DNA of 20,000 nt, from assembly GCA_049999805.1 (NCBI GenBank), contig JBNGIO010005379.1, forward strand, positions 47,518 to 67,517, read 5' to 3'. The DNA comes from Folioceros fuciformis (lineage: Eukaryota). Positions 15,801 through 20,000 of this stretch are shown piece after piece; the stretch's first letter is position 1, and every line of letters begins with the position of its first letter. The notes below the pieces were generated by a model. The model saw only the letters and a list, made by a program, of their open reading frames with translations, did not search any database and had not been told where the DNA came from. Both the position numbers and the translations under genes were made by a program.

Positions 15801-16561
15801 GAGGTTCTTCTTCGTCCTTGATGTCCCTGTGTAGGTGAATGATCTGTGATGTATTGACGTGGTTCATCTTGTGTTTCCTCAACTAATACGTCCTCAAGCT
15901 CCATTTCCTTCATGTTCTTTGGTTTTGGCACGACAATGAGGTATGTTTTTTTTTTGTCGGCATCGTTGAATAGTTGACCTTGTGAAGATCCGGACCAGGG
16001 TGGATCAGTAATTATTTCGTGTACCTTACTCTTCGTTTTTGACGGTGTGGGGTGTGTAACTCGTGATTCTTTGTCTCCTATTGTTTGACGATGTTTTTCG
16101 TCCCGTGGCATCCCGCTCTCCTCTTTCTTCTGGTGCCGTGTATCTTGGGGTGAGATGATGCTGCTCCCAGTTGTAGTAATGGTTGTCGCGAACAATGTCG
16201 TGGTTGAGGCGCTATGATGTGATGCTTCCTCCAAATATTGTGCTCCACTAGTTCCTGTGTGATTGTGCACTGCCAAATTCTCTGTGCCTATCTGGGATGC
16301 TCTCGTCAGACTAACATAGCCTTCAGCGGCATGGACGTCTTTCTTGATGACCTCAGCTACTTCACTAGTGCGTGAAGTGTGAGCTTCCTCCTGAAGCTTG
16401 GAGAACATATTTTGGATCATGTTGATCTCGTAGTGGTTGTGCACTGGTGAGCTGGCGGTTCGTGGTGATGTCACTGTGCTTGTAATGTCAAGCTCGAAAT
16501 CCATTTCAACGAATTCTACTCCAGGGCACTCCTCTGGAGCATCGTTTTCGGCGTCTCCCAT
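6833..16561 (-). CDS. Giant uncharacterised protein (3242 aa): mostly disordered, with an NPF-motif tandem-repeat region, a C-terminal Arg/Ala/Leu-rich helical (coiled-coil-like) domain and an acidic tail
   Basis: A 9729-nt stop-free frame, far beyond chance length. Repeat-unit length differences are all multiples of 3. Composition is S/T/G/P/E/D/Q-rich, with no long hydrophobic segment or obvious signal peptide. I recognise no enzymatic or transposon domain. The true start is uncertain (see findings). Confidence 0.9.
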   Translation of the reverse strand: MGDAENDAPEECPGVEFVEMDFELDITSTVTSPRTASSPVHNHYEINMIQNMFSKLQEEAHTSRTSEVAEVIKKDVHAAEGYVSLTRASQIGTENLAVHNHTGTSGAQYLEEASHHSASTTTLFATTITTTGSSIISPQDTRHQKKEESGMPRDEKHRQTIGDKESRVTHPTPSKTKSKVHEIITDPPWSGSSQGQLFNDADKKKTYLIVVPKPKNMKEMELEDVLVEETQDEPRQYITDHSPTQGHQGRRRTSIPSTSGTMLPSLNPDSSSLSSNGTKRSSKSEVDGPEGTSQAGRSVNLRGGQEPSLSVSRNTTAQRETMGGKRSISSTEPTLSRGIIRDGSYGETSPSDGLLSKFPKKERSTLLDSQLLESAYHNASTQDMNHLDREHITSTMNTSNLRSRASSGNHYSSTRLRKTSESCITGQLTCHTATHQGAEPGIASRADAILVEKMESGGHHVAMAFHSGVRIAYSGCKTLEQASHKTTTGEEHEKQHAAIVPRLHEVEQSSTVPRQDAGSSQGSRIMRSSTQMRPALRAKSLETAFSGVNDKEKPILQRASEGERAVSEVSPLHHMLQKPPGRDHVKSDQKKSDNVNMDEIVQISFGAQQAGESKPGTSPVPMPILELDSKEMQPRFSISGLSITEGGLLKVSSSFYKTGRQSITQADSGTPQHSGHTDELNTQEVRGSDHQGTKETTPPGNDAELITTKQKRESDHDHQPSIDIIPQVYGAKEANFGRHGIPDRPSTHQREQSSEIERAQHMDPQTIGADRHSRLSLATDKEKSDSSCHDTISNQVGRNQHGQETLVEYRNEAAIEDDEAHMIARASTSTTAFDSGDPKLPTEVEGADKIIAEAITSTDMVHSVLTSHFVLVAMATPPSYEKEKSTQDTEVLGKPIVPPSEPSTPSPHGNSTKTLSMFASPANDTVTKNIPKKQTGIPASRPVQGSSHLRSDEPTRLHSINLAPEKSEDLEPIGKKEVPAEIGTSLHSAENIGEQGILLNTQEDQTEARVSRIQVSKASHTRIGEGSTSTTHGARDEPKSQNCAMHSAQRRHDEVAKIEREVHGGNLLGEGSPSRAGNIESADLSKDHHQGEQTTCQVLTSDISQEQGDGSPHMSTENTTATEIKSQEFACVEKGQNEVAPSEQGDGCRKASKESNDGIAKRSEDKKGDRSLCQVPGPCPFCFVEKLTKSIQGGTISRTSTDIPTTCNQVPEIEQMLDKPSINEADTNGACPSNTLILENQTVDDGALGTLDSAFAMSVQPPQAQVLYTPELPIQNQLEQQKSNEVTTTKGILDPIIPEDEPPSGSNEGQAKMSECYGTRDPCTDKEKMDNASQITDEGRPTTAVQDTYQNDNLQGFIFMDVEDNSGTMIESIIELNGRGRSSQIAPTTQPTTNTDVKLPQGVLFESHSILLEDHKTSVYPLEDQDVSDSTKMRKSTTIFSEAIVDKKVPPTLLPGDMQTKSDGNPISADPDGIQIHHLSSPLEELTRVDPTGDIIQTTESPAASTSRASSALHSAGLSSNLHAGVQPNETDATEEEPTHDKSVMAASSIQGDKNEEIDKVDKVLGTSPPVFTKGTLSSAACVPILEHQDPRGDSATASRCYPSTRGEDSALTEKGDTGDAAPQDEATTLASTGPLIPDFAIMKATGAAVDASPVNTQAFAVLIGERPHQEVNKQVCCFPFKRRDHRTTIKDICVHDNQTVSDIRTHQSSDSENFETTKEERTILARTAGAPTDSTRESSAYKSNLPASEVSGSDLHNSGWPKNQGVTHSQQANPPLLSQPSTNLQQPSDVDHDSNLQSDQMPMFASSAFATEGGQEGNIQRDPLPNLPSDGGPNQGGVETTILANALDKPAESPETDVIETQKDDRVTRCNPFTRKTPKSMKQTEGGQEEESKPNLLPGTSSTGPPNQGGVETEALSNAFDTPAASPEEDVSGIHKDDERAWCNPFTRKAPMSTQETISSQEGDIPPNPLPSLPSIGRPNQGSAQTAESADVSTTLDTPAESRGAHIIGTHEDDKWVWCNPFTRKAKRSTNEAEGSQERDIQPHPFSGFSSTGRPNLVSTETREPSKALDTEAASPGARVLGTQRDDGKAWCNPFTRKPPGSTKEMKGGEERDAQPDPFHTSPSSTPETQGNIATGVVPNALNIQAASQEVDVSGTQKDNIDRAASCNPFTRRASESTTAGEVGQDSDRGAKPDPLHGLSSIGPINQSRVETTSASKALDTQASSPGAIVPRPQEDDGGVLCNPFTRKRPGSTKEIEGGEERDAQLDPFHTLPSSTPETEANVETIVVSNSLDMQPVSPEVDVSGTQKDNSGRGASCNPFTRKVSKSTKVGDVFQDPAGGTQPDPLHGRSSIGPTNQGSFEKASVSKALDTQAASPGAHMSATQEDDGEAYFNPFTRKAPRGTKQAEDGKEGGAQPDPLPGLSSTGPPTQSGVETAAVSNAPDTPAASVGADVPHTQKDDRRACCNPFKRKALGRTEDTSMHDNHIESNLPDSKHSKATTAQGTLSANIRKGQAHGPLVTSGTQEADPGAGPHEVAPGAGMSAFGTFSSHGDDLRDSSVQGLEEEPKRPRRSLHVPKLSSCCLPISLKGHLEGARAKGAEEDEGQGAPAQKGEQSAPVQNQEQVAPVQNQEQNEEKNAPMQKSSFALQDNEIMIARASVTKTEDVGADGSKETITSRARFVLVALDDLTSKNKSGRSSVIGSQEQEGIGFSKGDFTENSGPPSLADGTQEQGESTSFNEIPQAGNEPELEAFRFKSENDKIIANAQAPMDTRRTTSTEKTPTVQNASTITSSPGPDPTSASSPVEGRIKRKMTAITSHCCPRNCEYISKGLKRMKTRLQSCKAKGQAEIDSTNPAEPKDMARPDSQMDVQPTTLTSPEGQEESALQGPPQEQVYANGSSTPTLAPAPQDQGLLIQSDKPDEQKKDDGAKAQVGDDGRAEESKALQEEELQRSIERIKEATLCRKRQLARQKERQLMDRHDPAEPYLETRLCNDRLRQRQKRRAALAEREAKRQFLQAKIGYVDKTTEWELHACNHAFNSFLDAKSAAERMRRRQIFLESEREVQVCASLSEACDNLNATKRRAALRVLTDNTVAAKEARLRARRQQIRQNHAEILLDVDRRRHRIAWEARHAGLRLADRARHLDTRKEVDKRLFLLDAFEILDAKTEKDNAGLEIWHENYKCGPEMPEGDGPEFNIDYFAETESEEEEEDDGAEPENVTKPSSSQELPVLGDTPVLRPSVA
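8663..8722 (-). repeat. 27-bp coding microrepeat (APVQNQEQ x2 plus degenerate neighbours)
   Basis: CTGCTCTTGATT[T/C]TGCACTGGGGC occurs at 8663 and 8690; the protein reads EQSAPVQNQEQVAPVQNQEQNEEKNAPMQK. Confidence 0.85.
9140..11130 (-). repeat. Coding tandem array of nine 219-228-bp (73-76 aa) units, each with an NPF motif
   Basis: NPF codons have their + strand left edge at 10940, 10721, 10493, 10274, 10049, 9824, 9599, 9374 and 9155 (spacings 219, 228, 219, 225, 225, 225, 225, 219). The consensus is about EGGQE.D.QPDPL...SS.GP.NQG.VET...S.ALDT.AASP...V.GTQ.DD....CNPFTRK. Confidence 0.95.
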
Positions 16562-16630
16562 CTCTGGACACCTCTTTCGTTTGATGTCACCAGTGAGCTC
16601 CTGCGATATGGCGTCAGCCTTGTCGCCAAT

Positions 16631-16825
16631 TTAACGCTTGATAACCACTTTCTGGCCCAGTTGAGGATTGGCTTTGCCAGGTCGGACATTGGCTTGGCCA
16701 GGATGGAATGGATTGGCATGGCTTTCCAATCCTGATTTCATCTCGGTGCTTGTGTCCTTTGAGATCTGCTGGGTGGCCACATCCGTGTGGCCTACAAGTA
16801 CTCCGGTGACTTGATTGAACAACAT
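16631..16825 (-). other. 64-codon upstream ORF in frame with the giant ORF, separated from it by a single TAA
   Basis: The ATG at 16825 is 264 nt (88 codons) upstream of the ATG at 16561. The only in-frame stop between them is TAA at 16633-16631, followed by open codons IGDKADAISQELTGDIKRKRCPE-M. The uORF itself contains an NPF (SHANPFHPG). Confidence 0.6.
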
Positions 16826-17380
16826 TGAGGTTGTAGATTAATACATGGGATCTCCACTCACCTCAGATGGAGACAGACCTCAAATGAGTTCTATGGGTAA
16901 CAGAAGGGGACTGGTCAAAGTACACCTCTACGTTATTGGATACAAAAGCAAAAAACTAATAAACCTGACTTTGGATTCCTTTGCATGTTACCGCGTAAAA
17001 GAAATAGTATTTTATTTCCATGTTTCATATTTCATATGTCACGCTCATCAATTGAATATGGATAATCGAACATAGAAATATAAAATAAATAAATAAATAA
17101 AAATTACTTTATAAGTTATTTTTAATAATAAGAAACGATAAAATAATAGTGTTTTATACAATAAGCATGTAGAGTAGCAATATTAGGAAAAAAAATCCAT
17201 GAATTGGTAAGGTGGTTTGTGAATGATTGTATTTGATTGTAATGTAAGAAAAATTAGAGAAATCCAACCTTTGATCGGATATGCTTGTGAACTATAATGA
17301 TAAACATCATCACAATGATGAATACATTTTAAAATACTTGTTTGTATCACATTTACTTATTCTTATGATACTAAACTCTA

Positions 17381-17470
17381 TGAAATGATCATTATTTTTA
17401 GTTGACAAAGTGAAATGATCAGTATTTCTAGTCGACAAAGTGAAATGAGCAGTATTTCTACTCGACAAAG
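17381..17470. repeat. 30-bp tandem repeat, 3 copies
   Basis: TGAAATGATCAGTATTTCTAGTCGACAAAG-like units start at 17381, 17411 and 17441. Confidence 0.92.
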
Positions 17471-17860
17471 TATTATGTATTGTGGACTTATTGTACACAA
17501 CCCTAGTAATTTAATGAAGAAGAAGAATTAAGCTTCAAATCTGCCTCACATAAACCTTAACTTAATGCAAAAGAAAACTATACCTTAAAGTTCTCCTCAT
17601 GTTTCTCATAGTGTTTCAAGTAGTCTCATATGTTGTATCAAATGAAATGATCCAAAGAATGCACTAGTTTCATATGTTGTTTCAAGTAGAGACAGCTGGT
17701 GTACAAATATGATATGATAAGATGCACCAGTGTTATGTTCCAACCTAACTTTTTTGTCACTAATTTTTATTCCTAAATAACCTTTCCAATCCAAACTTCA
17801 TGCTATTAGCTACAACGATCACACTATGATCTAACTTTGTTCCTTAGAACCCCTTGGGTC

Positions 17861-17960
17861 CTTCTATTATCATGGGGAATCATAGGTATTTGCCTGCTTC
17901 TAGTGATACTACTTCTATTGTCATGGGAAATCGTAGGTCCTCGCTTAGATTCTAGTGATA
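17861..17960. repeat. ~51-bp degenerate tandem duplication
   Basis: CTTCTATT[A/G]TCATGGG[G/A]AATC[A/G]TAGGT...TTCTAGTGATA starts at 17861 and 17912. Confidence 0.8.
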
Positions 17961-17998
17961 TGTTACGAGTTAATTTCATACAACTTTAACAAGAAAAT

Positions 17999-18098
17999 NN
18001 NNNNNNNNNNNNNNNNNNNNNNNNNNNNNNNNNNNNNNNNNNNNNNNNNNNNNNNNNNNNNNNNNNNNNNNNNNNNNNNNNNNNNNNNNNNNNNNNNN
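17999..18098. other. Assembly gap (100 N)
   Basis: Exactly 100 N, the usual placeholder for a gap of unknown size. Adjacency across it is not guaranteed. Confidence 0.99.
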
Positions 18099-19296
18099 AA
18101 GTTGGATCAACAAGTTAAGGAAAGCTTTAACACACAATTGCTGTACATCTAGTGATTCAAAAAATTAAAATAATTTTAATCATAAATGATTTCAATCATA
18201 AAAGCCAATGAGGAAAGTTGGATTCAATAGCTCGTCGTAATCAGCCAATTTTGTAATATTATCTAAAATAAATAAATTATTAAAAAAACAATTTTGTGCC
18301 TACCAATTATCTATTGGACAGAAGAAATAAATAGATCTATTTAACTATATAAATTAACTCTAATAATATCTAATATTCACATTCCCACAAAGTTGCAAAT
18401 GGGAAAGAAAACTAAAATGTTTGAAATAATAAGTAGAAAACAAAAAATTACATACAAAACAAAAGCTTGTAAAAAGATCCTACAGACATAAAAATAAATA
18501 TACATACACTAGTAATTAATACTTATGCATATTACAATGTGTGGGTATAAGAAACTTCGGTTAGACCACATCGAGTATAAGTAAGGTTTTATTTAAATAT
18601 TAAATATAATTTAAATATATGACTTTTCCCATGAATAATATAAGATTTTTCAATCATAGTGGATACATCTAATAAATACAGAAAAATCCCAATACTATAA
18701 AATATCTATATAAAGGTTACATTGTACAATGTTAAAAGGTGAACCATATTATGACCCATTCAATATATATGCGATGTATAAAATTTAAGTAAATAATAAT
18801 CTACATTTACAATAAAGGGTTAGTGTTAATTTGGAAAAACCTTATAGGAATTCTTACTAGGATCCTCTAGAACAACTATAGCAACATAAAATACAATGGT
18901 TACATGTGAGAATGCCCTATGGGCAATAAGGGCAACATGGAATCTTATTACTACAAGCTAGAAAGATGTGGTGGGATGGAACATAATAAATGTCGAATAT
19001 TCCATGTAGGCATGGTTGTGGATTTGCTTTTTCCTTGCAAAGGTCATGGGAAGAGAAGATGCAAAAGAGTTTAACTAGATTCTTCAACATTTTATTTCTC
19101 AGTTTTATTTTTATTTCAAATTATGTATCTCATATAAAATATCATTATTTTTAAATAGGAAAAAATATTTAAATATAATATGTATAAATATATTTCTTGA
19201 ATGTGACATGACAAGGAGTGCTCACTCCTTCACAACTAGAGAGCTGAATAGCCTGGAAATGATGACCAACATGTTGTGCAAGAAATTTTAGATGAC

Positions 19297-19985
19297 AAAC
19301 TATTGAGCTTTACAAGGCAAAGTGTTAATGATGCTTTGAGTTTTCAAAAGCTTGGTTTAGCAAGGCAATTTGGGTTGCTTTATGAGATGTATAGTTTCAA
19401 ATCAAAGTTGCCTACTTTCAACAAAATATGCTTGTGTTCTAAATCATTTCAGTTGGATGTTAAGTAAGATGATTCGACTGAATGACAAGAAAACGTTCTA
19501 AGTAAAGTGTTTGGACCTTGTGAATCATTTATTTTAAGCTTCTTGCACTACTTCAAATGGTTGATTAACTCGAAGAAGAAGAAGAATTACGAAGAATGAC
19601 AACATCACTTGTTGGTAGGGCATAAATTAAAGGTCACAATGTTTAAGTTCAAGTCTAGCTACTACAATGCCAAGAAGCAAGTATGTAGTCATATCAACTA
19701 ATAAGAAATTAGGAACTATGAAATGGCATCTCATCCATTGGATGTGATTAGTTGGTCTGTCAAGTATTGATGCAATTCCCATTAAGCTGTTTGTGCAATT
19801 GATAGGTGGATTGGCTTCCATTGCTCTAATCTTTCAACACATAATGATTTTTTTGGAATGACAAACCATTCTAGCAAGTTGAATGAAGTGTAACATGTAA
19901 TGTAATTTGCTGGCAAGTATGGAACACAATTTACTTCTAACATTAGAAGGGCTTAGTGTCATTGGGTATGGAGTTCCTGAAGAGA
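19297..19985 (+). pseudogene. Probable highly degraded receptor-like (RLK/Pelle) protein kinase domain relic
   Basis: Collinear remnants across frames: LLSFTRQSVNDALSFQKLGLARQFGLLYE (~F(S/T)xxELxxATxxF..LGxGxFGxVY, 19300-19386); LDVK* and ENVLSKV (~VAVK, EFxxEV, 19453-19509); GTMKWHL (~GSLxxHL, 19712-19732); ISWSVKY (~LSWxxRL, 19747-19767); HCS..THNDF (~HRD, 19819-19851); TQFTSNIR and IGYGVPE (~THVSTxVxGTxGYxAPE, 19924-19981). It has many stops and frameshifts. Confidence 0.5.
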
Positions 19986-20000
19986 GAAGGGCTTCGTTGG

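Noticed and set aside
6833-16561. Giant ORF as a retrotransposon or viral polyprotein, or as a secreted mucin/extensin
   Set aside because: I see no protease, RT, RNase H, integrase or CCHC motifs and no LTRs. There is also no signal peptide and no SPPPP-type repeat.
6868-16719. Numerous 60-195-aa ORFs overlapping the giant ORF on either strand
   Set aside because: These are expected shadow ORFs of a long, moderately GC-rich coding frame, and none has independent motifs.
17955-18152. 65-aa ORF spanning the N run
   Set aside because: It is an artefact of translating through the assembly gap.

Overview
Plant nuclear scaffold segment, probably from a hornwort or another seed-free land plant, judging from the WW-type PPR C-terminus. 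A GC-richer gene island (~2.0-16.9 kb) lies between AT-rich, repeat-rich flanks and holds two convergent single-ORF genes. The first is a + strand PLS-class pentatricopeptide repeat (PPR) RNA-editing factor at 2231-5581, with about 26 PPR motifs, E1/E2 and a WW-type PG box, truncated before the DYW deaminase. A decayed tandem copy of its 5' part follows at ~5942-6475. The second is a giant uninterrupted 9.7-kb minus-strand ORF at 6833-16561 (3242 aa) that I cannot assign to a family. It looks mostly disordered, carries nine 73-76-aa tandem repeats each with an NPF-[TK]-R-[KR] motif (Cys-preceded in eight), has Cys clusters next to basic residues, and ends in an Arg-rich helical domain. The left flank has 36/108-bp and 53-bp tandem repeats plus direct and inverted relic repeats. 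The right flank has 30- and 51-bp repeats, a 100-N gap and what looks like a heavily decayed receptor-like kinase. The giant NPF-repeat protein is the best candidate for something undescribed. All family assignments are by eye; no searches were run.
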